From Candidatus Anstonellales archaeon (lineage in GTDB: Archaea > Micrarchaeota > Micrarchaeia > Anstonellales > J096), in NCBI GenBank assembly GCA_038896535.1, contig JAWACY010000001.1:355111-419110 (forward strand): DNA of 64,000 bases, read 5' to 3'. The first letter of the stretch is position 1. Every line of letters starts with the position of its first letter. Shown here piece by piece: positions 52,315 to 61,752 of this stretch. Position numbers and translations under genes: made by a program. Under the pieces are notes generated by a model. That model was not told the origin of the DNA, made no database searches, and worked only from the letters and a program-made list of their open reading frames with translations.

Positions 52315-52713
52315 TTATTTTAAACTACATCCTGCAGCATCTGCAAGCTTATCTAAAGGTTGAGTGCCTTCTAGCACTTTACCATTTATCTTCCATGTTG
52401 GATATGCTTTTATGCCCTCTTTTTTGCATATCTCTATCTGTTCTTGCCTATTATTTGGATCGCAATTAATATATTTTATAAATCTGAATGAACTGCCAAA
52501 CATATTTTTTTGTTCTCTACAATGCGGGCACCAATCAGCACCATACATAACAGCATCTTTACTTGATAAGCATTTTGCAAAATTATCATATTTCCCTTGC
52601 TCTGGCTGAAAACCAACGTAGTAATAATAGAGAAAGCCAAATAATAATATAACTGCTATTAATATTGCAATGCTTTTTTTATCAATTTGCATATTAAAGC
52701 TTAAAAAAGACAT
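52315..52713 (-). CDS. Membrane-anchored thioredoxin-fold protein (similar to the Trx-like domain associated with VKOR)
   Basis: N-terminal TM, FAKCL, MYGADWCPHCREQKNMFG, YINC, GIKAYPTW. Confidence 0.85.
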   Translation of the reverse strand: MSFLSFNMQIDKKSIAILIAVILLFGFLYYYYVGFQPEQGKYDNFAKCLSSKDAVMYGADWCPHCREQKNMFGSSFRFIKYINCDPNNRQEQIEICKKEGIKAYPTWKINGKVLEGTQPLDKLADAAGCSLK

Positions 52714-52728
52714 TTTAAAAATATTTTT

Positions 52729-53448
52729 ATGGAAGAAATGAGAGTTATTGGGCTTGATACACTAAGGGGCATAGCAATAATGCTTATGATAATTGATCAT
52801 GTTGCAGCAATAATATATTTTCAGCCAATAAATGAAAATACAATTAGATTTTTAACAAGATTATCAGAGCCCATTTTTGTCATTTTATTTGGATATTTTC
52901 TTTATGGAAGGAAAAAAGAAAATAAGTTTTTGACAAGGGCATTGCAAATATTGGCAGCCGCAATTTTTGTTAATATTTTTTACTTTCTTATAATTGGTAA
53001 AGCAGAAATATTGTTAAGCATATTGCTCGTTTACACAATTTTCATGATTTTTGATAAGGCAGTTTTGCTTTTCCCCTTATTTGCACTATTAAGCTTTAAT
53101 GACATAACAGTAAAATTCTTAGATTATCCATTAAGCATAGTATTCATGCAGGCTTGTATTGGCTATTTAATAAGAAGTAAAAGCAATCTTTCTTTTTTTG
53201 CAATAACGATATTTTTGCTCACTTCATTATTATGGCCCAGTCCTTATTTCTATACCATAATATTTACAATTCCGGCAATTTTATTATTAATAATTTTTGA
53301 AAAGCATTTTAATAAATTAAAAATTGAGCCACTAACAACATTTGGAAAATACCCATTATCATCATATATTTCTCAATACATCATTATTGTTCTTCTAGCA
53401 TTATATTTAAACCCAGATTTGGCATTATTATTAAGCTTAAAAATATAG
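52729..53448 (+). CDS. Polytopic membrane protein, TraX / acyltransferase-like
   Basis: RVIGLDTLRGIAIMLMIIDH, RLSEPIF, GKYPLSSY; multiple TM helices. Confidence 0.65.
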   Translation: MEEMRVIGLDTLRGIAIMLMIIDHVAAIIYFQPINENTIRFLTRLSEPIFVILFGYFLYGRKKENKFLTRALQILAAAIFVNIFYFLIIGKAEILLSILLVYTIFMIFDKAVLLFPLFALLSFNDITVKFLDYPLSIVFMQACIGYLIRSKSNLSFFAITIFLLTSLLWPSPYFYTIIFTIPAILLLIIFEKHFNKLKIEPLTTFGKYPLSSYISQYIIIVLLALYLNPDLALLLSLKI

Positions 53449-53482
53449 GATAAATTTAAAAATATTAATAGGAAAATCTATC

Positions 53483-54181
53483 ATGCTGAATATTGATAAA
53501 CCAACAAAGCAAGCAATCATTATAAGCATTGCTGTGATTCTTGCTTTCTTTATCTTCTATTCTGGTTATAGCAAAGAAAAAAAGGCGCTTGATTTTTCTT
53601 TGCTTTATAAAATAATAAGCTTTGAAGATTACACATTCTCAATAAAAGAAATAAATAAGCTTTCAGCTCTTGCTGGTTTAACATTACTTGCAATGGCATT
53701 TTTGCCAGGCCCTTTATCTAAGCTATGGCCACAAATATTTAGCAAATATTTAGTATTGAGAAAACCTATAGGCATTATAGGGTTCTTGTTAATTTTATTA
53801 CATTCATATCTATCATTTGTCTATTATTATAAATCAGACTTTTATGGGGCTTTGTTTAACAATCCAAAAGTATCTGCCTTTATAGCTGCTTTAATAGCAT
53901 TTATCATATTCACAGCAATGGCTTTAACATCAACAAAAGAAGCAGTTAATAAGATGGGATACGAAAAATGGAAATTATTACAAAGAACTGGTTACATAGC
54001 ACTTGCCCTATCATTAATACATTTTATAATAATAGAAACAAAGCCTGACATAGGATTTGATGTAAGGCCATTTGCTTATATTGCTTTGATAATAGCATTA
54101 TTAACATTATTATTAAGGATATATGTCCATATAAGAAAAGCACCAGAAAGAAAATCTTATGAAGAGCATTTCAGAGCTTAA
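53483..54181 (+). CDS. MsrQ / ferric reductase-like heme-binding transmembrane protein
   Basis: LRKPIGIIGF..ILLH, MALTST, WKLLQRTGY...LIH. Confidence 0.8.
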   Translation: MLNIDKPTKQAIIISIAVILAFFIFYSGYSKEKKALDFSLLYKIISFEDYTFSIKEINKLSALAGLTLLAMAFLPGPLSKLWPQIFSKYLVLRKPIGIIGFLLILLHSYLSFVYYYKSDFYGALFNNPKVSAFIAALIAFIIFTAMALTSTKEAVNKMGYEKWKLLQRTGYIALALSLIHFIIIETKPDIGFDVRPFAYIALIIALLTLLLRIYVHIRKAPERKSYEEHFRA

Positions 54182-54195
54182 AATTAATAAACAAA

Positions 54196-55359
54196 TTAAT
54201 AAACAACTGATATTTTGCCCTCTAAAATTTTATAAGTCAATTCTGGCAATAGTTCTAAATGATATAAAATGATATCTTTTAATTTCTGCTCATCGCGTTG
54301 TTTGCCATATATCTCAGCTATTGCCATCTTCGGCTTTGTTATCTCTTGTCCTATTCTGGAAAGCAAATAAACATTTACATCAAGCCCTTGCTGTTCAAAA
54401 ATATCATTAGCTATGAGGTTAGAGCATATTGAGTAAAGCTTTCCTACATGGCTTACAGGGTTTTTTCCTGCGCTTGCCTCAAGAGTCATTGGCCTAAAAG
54501 GAGTTATAAGGCCATTTGCCCTATTTCCCCTTCCAACGCTTCCATCATCTCCTGCTTCTATGCTTGAGCCTATGCATGTAATATATATGCTATCTCCCTT
54601 ATCTGCTGTATTTATTTTAACTTCAACATCATCGCCATATACTTTCTTAGCTTGCTTTTCAGCCAATTCTTGTATTTTATTTTTCTTTTCCCAGTAATCA
54701 CTAACGCTATCAATGTATTTCGAAACAAAGGCCATTGCAATTGTTATGCTTGCTTCATTTCCCTGCCTTGAACCCATGACTTTTATATCCTCTCCTATAA
54801 AAGGGAATTTCTTTTTTATTAAATTGCTATTAAAAAACAGCTCTAAATCCTTAACAGTTTTTTCAAGTTTTGTTAACGGAGCATAACCAACACCAAAACT
54901 TGTATCATTCGCTAATGGTACTTTGCTTCTCATAAATAACTCAGTTAAATCCTTAGATCCCTCTTTTATATTTATTTCATAATCAAAATCTTTTTCCACA
55001 TCAGCATTTCTCAATCCTTTCAAAATTTTTTTTGCTGCATTTGTTGCTATATCATCAATATCTATCTTTTTTCCATTCCAATTAGATGTTGCTCTGCCAG
55101 TGATATAAACAAGTGGTTTTTTAATGAGCATTCCTCCATTAAATTCAACGCGTGCTTTTCCACCGACAATAAGCCCCTTATCGACATTATGGTGTGCTAT
55201 AAAACCAAAATTTTCTATATAACATTTACATAAATCCCTGCTTGTTTGCTCAACAATCATATCTATCAGTGTATCTGGATGGCCAAAGCCTTTTCTTTCC
55301 ACAATCTCAATATCTTTATACTGCGGTGGTAAGCAGGTAGTCTGCCTTACAACAAGCAT
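54196..55359 (-). CDS. mat: S-adenosylmethionine synthetase, archaeal type
   Basis: EIVERKGFGHPDT, HHNVDK, ANDTSFGVG, GEDIKVMG, GDDGSVGRGNR, GKNPVSHVGKLY. Confidence 0.96.
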   Translation of the reverse strand: MLVVRQTTCLPPQYKDIEIVERKGFGHPDTLIDMIVEQTSRDLCKCYIENFGFIAHHNVDKGLIVGGKARVEFNGGMLIKKPLVYITGRATSNWNGKKIDIDDIATNAAKKILKGLRNADVEKDFDYEINIKEGSKDLTELFMRSKVPLANDTSFGVGYAPLTKLEKTVKDLELFFNSNLIKKKFPFIGEDIKVMGSRQGNEASITIAMAFVSKYIDSVSDYWEKKNKIQELAEKQAKKVYGDDVEVKINTADKGDSIYITCIGSSIEAGDDGSVGRGNRANGLITPFRPMTLEASAGKNPVSHVGKLYSICSNLIANDIFEQQGLDVNVYLLSRIGQEITKPKMAIAEIYGKQRDEQKLKDIILYHLELLPELTYKILEGKISVVY

Positions 55360-55367
55360 AATAATAA

Positions 55368-56180
55368 TTAGTATAGATTTTTTAAATTATCTCTTAAAAC
55401 CGCAGTGAAATTTATTGTTAAAATCTCTTCTTTTTTTAATTCTTTATCCAAATAATAAGCTGCTCTGCCTTCTTCATTTGTTAAAGCATGAAAAAGGCCT
55501 GTAACAACTATAGCCCTATGCCCCTTATTTATTATTTCACTTATTCTTTTATACATATTTATATCTCTTTGTTGCATAAATTCTTGATAATGCATATTTA
55601 ATGTTAAAAATTGCTCAGCATCTTTATCTATGCATAAAACATCAAAACCAATCATTTTCCCTTCGTAGGCAAGATCAAACCAAGCAAAGCCAAAGTGATA
55701 ACGTGACAAAAACCTCAAATATAAGTCAATCTTATTTCTTATTTTATCTAAATCTCTAATCTTTTCATTAAAAGTTTCTTCGCATTCTAAACAAAGATAA
55801 GAGAAGCCCTGCTGTTTCATATAGGCAAGTAATTCTTTTGACAGTAATAAATTTAATGGCGTTGAGTGCCTATCTCCAATAAATACAACCTTTGCTTTTT
55901 TAACTGCATTTTGAAAACTTTCTGATTCAATGAGATTTTTAGCTATTTTTATTGCCTCATTTATTTTTTTCTCTTTCCAATGTTTATCTTCTAATAGCCA
56001 TAAAGTTTCATAAGGCCTGTTAAAAATTAATTCTCTAATAAAATTTACTCCATAATTGTAGCCTTTATACAAAGATAGACAGCAAGCAGCAGCAATAACA
56101 AATTTCTTCATTGTATTTTTTATATCCTTCCTTCTAATACTGCTTTTTATATTCATAAAGCATTTATTGCCCATCTGCAT
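55368..56180 (-). CDS. EreA/ChaN/TraB-like superfamily protein with N-terminal anchor
   Basis: VVFIGDRH, YLCLE, RDINM, IVVTGLFH motif order. Confidence 0.6.
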   Translation of the reverse strand: MQMGNKCFMNIKSSIRRKDIKNTMKKFVIAAACCLSLYKGYNYGVNFIRELIFNRPYETLWLLEDKHWKEKKINEAIKIAKNLIESESFQNAVKKAKVVFIGDRHSTPLNLLLSKELLAYMKQQGFSYLCLECEETFNEKIRDLDKIRNKIDLYLRFLSRYHFGFAWFDLAYEGKMIGFDVLCIDKDAEQFLTLNMHYQEFMQQRDINMYKRISEIINKGHRAIVVTGLFHALTNEEGRAAYYLDKELKKEEILTINFTAVLRDNLKNLY

Positions 56181-56217
56181 TTTTGCCCTCCAATAATTTA
56201 TATATGAACAGAATTAT

Positions 56218-56706
56218 TTAAAATTTATACTTTTTTATTATAGCCATTATCTTATCAACATCTTTTTTCTTATAACTTGGCTTAAATCTGATCTTTTTCT
56301 TTGCTCTTGTTTTTATCCAAAAATAGTCAAGATGCAATGCTATTAAGTTTTGCTCTATTTTTTCCTTATTATATTTTCTTGCTTTCATTCTTTTATATAA
56401 CAACTCTGGTTTTGTATCTATGATTATAGCAATATCAAACTTAATATTAATATCTGGCAGAAGATGGCTTTCCACCAATATTTTATTTTCTTTTTTTTCA
56501 ATTTCTTTTATATATTCTTTTAGCATCTTGCCTACCTTTTCATTGTCAATAATGTACGCTTTTAATTTCCTATCATAACCTATTATTAAATTTCTTCTCT
56601 CCTTTATCCACTCATTCAGATGTATAACAAATATGCCTTTTCTTTTCAGCTTTTTTGCCAAAAATGTCTTACCAGAGCAGACAGGGCCTGTTAAAGCAAT
56701 AAGCAT
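56218..56706 (-). CDS. Adenylate kinase, AK6/Fap7-like
   Basis: IALTGPVCSGKT, LVESH, LYKRMKARKY..EKIEQN. Confidence 0.8.
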   Translation of the reverse strand: MLIALTGPVCSGKTFLAKKLKRKGIFVIHLNEWIKERRNLIIGYDRKLKAYIIDNEKVGKMLKEYIKEIEKKENKILVESHLLPDINIKFDIAIIIDTKPELLYKRMKARKYNKEKIEQNLIALHLDYFWIKTRAKKKIRFKPSYKKKDVDKIMAIIKKYKF

Positions 56707-56715
56707 TATATCTCC

Positions 56716-57609
56716 TTAGCTCAATCTTATTTTTGCTATTAATATTTCTCTTTTTGCTATGCCAAAATCTCTTCTATATTCTTTTATTACAAAATATTTT
56801 ACCTGCTTTCCTGATGGAACAGAAAAAACAAATGGCTTCAATGTTTCATTCTCATTAAAAACATAGCCAAATTTCACTCTATAGTCTGGCACATAAAGGT
56901 TTCCATCAGCATCTTCTAAATAATACTTATAAGTTATTTTTGTGCCTGCAATAATATTGAGAAATGTTTGCATTGCATTAAATGGCATTGCTGATAATGT
57001 TTTTACAAAACATTTTCCGTCTTTCTCTTCACATGTTATGCCTTTTTCCTCTGCTTCCTGCTTTGTTATTACAAAGCCATAACTTATGGCATAAAAGATA
57101 TTGCCCTGCTCTGGTCTTATGTATTCTTTATTACATTCCTTTGAACAGAAAAACATATCATTCGATTCAAGGCATGCATTATATTTACTTAATTGCTCTT
57201 CATTTAACTCATTGCAGTTGTAATAAAAAAATCCATCTATTTTATCGACCCTATCAATAAAGAAGTTGTTAAAATTTGATAATGGCTCATTTATTGCTGC
57301 TGTGCCAAAATCTGAATTGCTTGCTTCTGTATTGCTTATATTTTCCAACGCTGTTTCATTAATATTTGTTTCATTAATATTCAATTGCTCATTTCCTATT
57401 TCATTATTAATATTGGCATTGCTGACATTAGAGCTAACATTTTGGGAGGAACAACCAAATAAAAACAGCAATAAAGGCAGCATTATTAATAAAAATACAA
57501 TGTAATGATTTTTTTTATTGCCTTTCTCTATAATGCCTTTCCCTGTATTGCCTACTGATGCATTACCTATTAATGTATTGCCTTTTTCTACTTTCATAAT
57601 TTCCACCAA
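56716..57609 (-). CDS. Putative lipoprotein / surface protein
   Basis: Hydrophobic stretch ending LFGC followed by an N/S-rich linker with sequons. Confidence 0.65.
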   Translation of the reverse strand: MVEIMKVEKGNTLIGNASVGNTGKGIIEKGNKKNHYIVFLLIMLPLLLFLFGCSSQNVSSNVSNANINNEIGNEQLNINETNINETALENISNTEASNSDFGTAAINEPLSNFNNFFIDRVDKIDGFFYYNCNELNEEQLSKYNACLESNDMFFCSKECNKEYIRPEQGNIFYAISYGFVITKQEAEEKGITCEEKDGKCFVKTLSAMPFNAMQTFLNIIAGTKITYKYYLEDADGNLYVPDYRVKFGYVFNENETLKPFVFSVPSGKQVKYFVIKEYRRDFGIAKREILIAKIRLS

Positions 57610-57640
57610 ATTGTAGAAAATTGTAGAAAATAAAATTTAA

Positions 57641-57715
57641 TAGTGGGGGGTGGATTTGAACCACCGTTCTCCGGGTTATGAGCCCGGCGGGCACTCCAAG
57701 CTACCCTACCCCACT
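57641..57715 (-). tRNA. Initiator tRNA-Met (anticodon CAT)
   Basis: Reverse complement AGTGGGG.../CCCCACT+A with A1:U72; anticodon arm CCGGG-CTCATAA-CCCGG with three consecutive G-C pairs. Confidence 0.95.
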
Positions 57716-57741
57716 TAAAAATATTAATGTAACAAAACATT

Positions 57742-59190
57742 TTAATATTGCTTTGCTATATACGCAAAGACTTTTGCTTCCCTGCCGCATATTATACACT
57801 TTTCATTATGAACTGGGCTTTCTTTTATATCTGCTCTTTCTCCTCTTACTTCTGCTTGAAGTTTTTCTTTTATTTCTTTATAGCATTCTTTTCCATCATT
57901 GCCTATTGAACAAAAAGGCACTCTTACAATGCCTTTTTCTAAATGCTTTTCTATCTCATCAAATGTTTTTGCTTCTCTTATATTTTTATTTAGAGCATCA
58001 ATATTTTCCTTTATTATGTGTTCAAAATGCTTTCTATATTCTTCAAAAACAACGCTTATATTATCTATGCTTGTTTTTCTTTTTTCATTGCTTTTACGCA
58101 ATACATATGTTATTGTATTTGATTCCATTTCTTTTTGGCCCAATTCAATCCTTATAGGAACGCCCTTTAATTCCCATTTATTAAACTTAAAACCAGGGCT
58201 TTCATCTTCTGTTAAATCAGCATATGCCCTATATCCAAGTGCTTTTAATTTATGCTCAATGCTTTTTGCATAATGAAAAATGCTTTCTTTGTTTTCTTTA
58301 ACAAATATTGGCACAATAACAATCTGTATTGGGCTTAAATCAAGTGGGAAAAAAAGGCCTTTTTCATCACCATGCCAGCTTATCATAGCAGCCAAAAATC
58401 TTTGCATACCTGGACCACAAGTTGTTTGCCATACATATTTTTTCTTTCCATCTACATCGAGGAACATTATATTAAACGGCTTTGAAAAATTATTGCCTAG
58501 CAAATGTGTTGTTAATATTTGCAAAACTCTAGAATCAGGCATTAATGTATCAGCAGCATAAGTTTCTTCTGCTCCAGCAAATTTATCCCATTCTGGCCTT
58601 CTGAAAAATATGAATGGAATACCAAAAATATGCTTGACAACTCTTTCTGCTATTTCTATATCTTGCTTTATCTGGTTTCTTGCATTTTTCTCATTGTTGA
58701 ATGCACAATGTGTTTCTATCCACAATATCTCTCTCCCCCTTATTAAAGGTCTTGTTGCCTTTGTTTCATACCTCCATACTGTCCCGCTTTGGTATACTTT
58801 TAACGGCAGGTCTTTTGCACCATTTATCCATAACGAGAACATTGGATATATTGCTGTCTCACTAGTTGGTCTCAAAACAACAATTTCCTCCTTTGCAAGT
58901 TCATTTAAGCCTGCTCTTGTTATCCAAAAAACCTCGCCTTCAAAACCTTTTATGTGCTCTTCCTCTTTTTTAAAATATTCTATTGGTATAACTGCCGGAA
59001 AATGAACCGGCATATGCCCATTTTCTTCAAGCACTTTTTCATACATGCTATACATTTTTTTCAGAACAAACATTCCCCAAGGCCTGTAAACAATAAAGCC
59101 TTTGACATTATAACGTAAATCTATTATTTCTGCTTCTTTTATTATTTCATTATACCATTCAGAAAAATTGTTCTTATTAAGCTTAGCCAT
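57742..59190 (-). CDS. proS: Proline--tRNA ligase, archaeal/eukaryotic type
   Basis: FSEWY, LRPTSET, WRYETKATRPLIRGRE, PGFKFNKWELKGVPIRIE, terminal AKQY. Confidence 0.96.
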   Translation of the reverse strand: MAKLNKNNFSEWYNEIIKEAEIIDLRYNVKGFIVYRPWGMFVLKKMYSMYEKVLEENGHMPVHFPAVIPIEYFKKEEEHIKGFEGEVFWITRAGLNELAKEEIVVLRPTSETAIYPMFSLWINGAKDLPLKVYQSGTVWRYETKATRPLIRGREILWIETHCAFNNEKNARNQIKQDIEIAERVVKHIFGIPFIFFRRPEWDKFAGAEETYAADTLMPDSRVLQILTTHLLGNNFSKPFNIMFLDVDGKKKYVWQTTCGPGMQRFLAAMISWHGDEKGLFFPLDLSPIQIVIVPIFVKENKESIFHYAKSIEHKLKALGYRAYADLTEDESPGFKFNKWELKGVPIRIELGQKEMESNTITYVLRKSNEKRKTSIDNISVVFEEYRKHFEHIIKENIDALNKNIREAKTFDEIEKHLEKGIVRVPFCSIGNDGKECYKEIKEKLQAEVRGERADIKESPVHNEKCIICGREAKVFAYIAKQY

Positions 59191-59236
59191 AGAAAAAATT
59201 CACAAAACCTTTTTTAAAATAATGCATAATTTATTT

Positions 59237-59746
59237 ATGTCATCTGCATTTGGCCAGGCATTCGCACAAGCTTTTGCGCAGGCTTTTGCTTTTTTAATTC
59301 TTGCTGCATGCTTTGCATTTATTATTATTTTAATAGGCATAATTAATTTCCTTGTTTATGGCCTTTCTAAATTTCCGAAAAAGGCGATAATATCATTGAT
59401 AATAGCGTTCTTATCTTTCATTATAAGCATAATATTAATTGATTATAAAGCAGTCGCTTTTATTATTCCCTATGTGGTTCTTTTTGCATTTTATTTTGGC
59501 GTAAATTTTAAAGAAAAAACGTCTCCATTATTTGAGCGCATAGCAAAAGAAACAGGGAAAATGTCTTTAATTGGAGGAGCCATAATGTTAATCATATTAA
59601 TATTATTGTTTATATTCTCTCTACCAAGCATTTTATCTCTTGACATAAACGTAATTGCCCCATTCATAACATTTTTCTTAATATCATTATTTAATATATA
59701 TTTCGGGCTTAAGGCCATTGACAAAAATTTATTTTCTGCTTTTTAA
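59237..59746 (+). CDS. Hypothetical integral membrane protein
   Basis: About five hydrophobic helices; N-terminal AFxQ repeat. Confidence 0.65.
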   Translation: MSSAFGQAFAQAFAQAFAFLILAACFAFIIILIGIINFLVYGLSKFPKKAIISLIIAFLSFIISIILIDYKAVAFIIPYVVLFAFYFGVNFKEKTSPLFERIAKETGKMSLIGGAIMLIILILLFIFSLPSILSLDINVIAPFITFFLISLFNIYFGLKAIDKNLFSAF

Positions 59747-59838
59747 TTTTGCCTCTTACTTAAGCAATATTTATAAAATTTCACAAAATAACGAAAAAAG
59801 CAACATTTTTAAATAGTTCCATAAATATAATAATATCA

Positions 59839-60507
59839 ATGATTGCTGGCACTTTTAATGCTTTTAATAGTAAAACGTGCAATAATAAAACATGCATGGC
59901 AAAGGCAAATGGTAGTAAAAAAAGGCATAGCAAAGGCAATGCACAGAAAATTGCAGAAAAGAAAACGAAAAATAAGGAATTAGAAAAATTTAATGTAATT
60001 ATTGATACTTGCTATATTTTAGAACAGCTAAAGGCTGGAAGGAGCATAAAAGATGTGCTATTTTCTTTAGCAGAAGGCAAAGAAGTAAATAATGTTATTA
60101 TACCAAAGCAAGTATTAGATGAGCTATGTAATATTTTATCATCAAGGGCCGATGTAAAGAATGAAATAATTAAAGCTGGCTTAACCTTATCTAAATTAAA
60201 AGCTGACATTGAAGAATTTAGATATTGCACATTACATGAAAGGGTCAAAATTATAGATGTAATTATAGATAATGAAGAAATTACATATTATAATAAGTTA
60301 TTGGCTTCGCAATCTATTAAAGGCAATAGAAGGATAGGTTTAGGAGAAGCTGCAATATTCAATATTATAACTAAACATTGCTCTTTAGATTGCTCTTTAG
60401 ATTTTTTTAATGACTTTGGCGGAGAAAATATAAAAATATTAGTATTATCCCTGGATTCAGATGTTTCAACATTATTGAAATTATTGAAAAATATTAATGG
60501 GGTGTAA
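59839..60507 (+). CDS. PIN-domain protein (putative ribonuclease)
   Basis: VIIDTCYIL, VIIPKQVLDEL, IGLGEAAI, VLSLDSD: the acidic PIN active-site pattern. Confidence 0.75.
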   Translation: MIAGTFNAFNSKTCNNKTCMAKANGSKKRHSKGNAQKIAEKKTKNKELEKFNVIIDTCYILEQLKAGRSIKDVLFSLAEGKEVNNVIIPKQVLDELCNILSSRADVKNEIIKAGLTLSKLKADIEEFRYCTLHERVKIIDVIIDNEEITYYNKLLASQSIKGNRRIGLGEAAIFNIITKHCSLDCSLDFFNDFGGENIKILVLSLDSDVSTLLKLLKNINGV

Positions 60508-61177
60508 AAGAATGAATCAAGTATTTAAATATAAAAAACCACTTAGGCTGCCTATTGGTGATAAGCAATATGGAAAGAGATATTTAAGAGAAGATGAGGC
60601 AGAGAGATTATTTTCGTTCCGTTTAATAGCTGAAGAAAAATTTGATGGCACTATGCATGAGATAGATACACAAGAATTTAAATTTTATGTTGAGGATATG
60701 AAATACAGAAAGACAATTCCTTATAGAATACCAGCAAGATATGCTGTTTTTGATATTCTTGATAAGAGGGCAACTATCTTTTTAAGAAGAGATGACAAAG
60801 AAAGACTTGTAATTGATATAATAAAGGGCAGAATATGGGCATATAGACATTTAGCTGATAAGTTATTTATTGTTCCTTTAATAGAAGCAGGAAAGTTCTC
60901 AATTTCAGAAGTACCAAAGCTTGCTGATATGTGCTCTTATTATGGCCATGGCAAAAATGTGCCAATAGAAGGAATAGTTTTCAAAATTGATGCTGCTATT
61001 TCAATACTTGAATCATACCCATTTTCAGCAAAATATGTAAGGGCTGATTTCATAGATAAAATAAATAGTAGTGATAAAAAAATATCTGGGTTAAATGTTA
61101 TAAGCTCAAGCATACCAATGATATTATCTTATAAAAATCAATCAGCAAAGATTAAAAATCAAATAAGAGAGCCTTAA
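60497..61177 (+). CDS. ATP-dependent RNA ligase-like nucleotidyltransferase (Rnl2-like adenylation domain)
   Basis: Motif I EEKFDG, III FYVE, IIIa AVFDI, IV EGIVFK, V AKYVR; no OB domain. Confidence 0.8.
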   Translation: MGCKRMNQVFKYKKPLRLPIGDKQYGKRYLREDEAERLFSFRLIAEEKFDGTMHEIDTQEFKFYVEDMKYRKTIPYRIPARYAVFDILDKRATIFLRRDDKERLVIDIIKGRIWAYRHLADKLFIVPLIEAGKFSISEVPKLADMCSYYGHGKNVPIEGIVFKIDAAISILESYPFSAKYVRADFIDKINSSDKKISGLNVISSSIPMILSYKNQSAKIKNQIREP

Positions 61178-61198
61178 GGCTCTCTACAAAAAATCCAT

Positions 61199-61639
61199 TC
61201 AATAATCTTGGGGGAGACTGCTACCTTGCCAGTCTTTATTTATAAAGAAATAAGCTTTTCTTCCTGCAAAGCCTTTTTTTAAAACTCCAATTCTGCATAA
61301 ATTATTAAGCCTTGCAGAAGCAGCATTCCTTCCTTTGTAATTCAGCAATGCCTTTATCTCTTCTGCTGTTGCTTTGCCCTTTTGCTCTATTATATTAATA
61401 ATCTTTTCATCAACTTCTGATAAAAGATTTATTGGTTCATTACTTCCTGCTGTTTTTGTTTCTAATAATTCTATTTTTCTTATAAGTGTTTTCATAAGCC
61501 TATTATTATCTTCAACCTGCTTTGCCAATTCATATATTGCCAGAGCAAGTTCTATGCTCTTATCTACATTTTTTTGTTCTTTTAATTTCTGCTCAATCTT
61601 TTGCTCTTTATTTTCTTTATCAATAAAATCCTCTTCCAT
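61199..61639 (-). CDS. Coiled-coil plus winged-helix DNA-binding protein
   Basis: N-terminal heptads; LSEVDEKIINII..KGKATAEEI..LLNYKGRNAASARLNNL...GVLKK...GRKAYF. Confidence 0.75.
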   Translation of the reverse strand: MEEDFIDKENKEQKIEQKLKEQKNVDKSIELALAIYELAKQVEDNNRLMKTLIRKIELLETKTAGSNEPINLLSEVDEKIINIIEQKGKATAEEIKALLNYKGRNAASARLNNLCRIGVLKKGFAGRKAYFFINKDWQGSSLPQDY

Positions 61640-61648
61640 TTTTATCAT

Positions 61649-61703
61649 CAGAGTCATGATGTTCATGTGATATGTCATGACTCTGTCATGATTTTAGCAT
61701 GAT
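61649..61703. promoter_or_regulatory. Array of five CATG-core palindromic sites with an 11-bp inverted repeat; candidate operator
   Basis: CATG at 61655, 61664, 61676, 61687, 61698; CAGAGTCATGA (61649-59) / TCATGACTCTG (61675-85); lies between a TATA-like element and the wHTH start. Confidence 0.55.
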
Positions 61704-61752
61704 ATATTTTTAAATGTTACTGTTTTTTGTTTGCATTTTTAATTTCTTATGT

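Noticed and set aside
57678..59005. Several plus-strand ORFs of 93-159 aa
   Set aside because: Antisense to proS and the initiator tRNA; the same applies to most short antisense ORFs across the window
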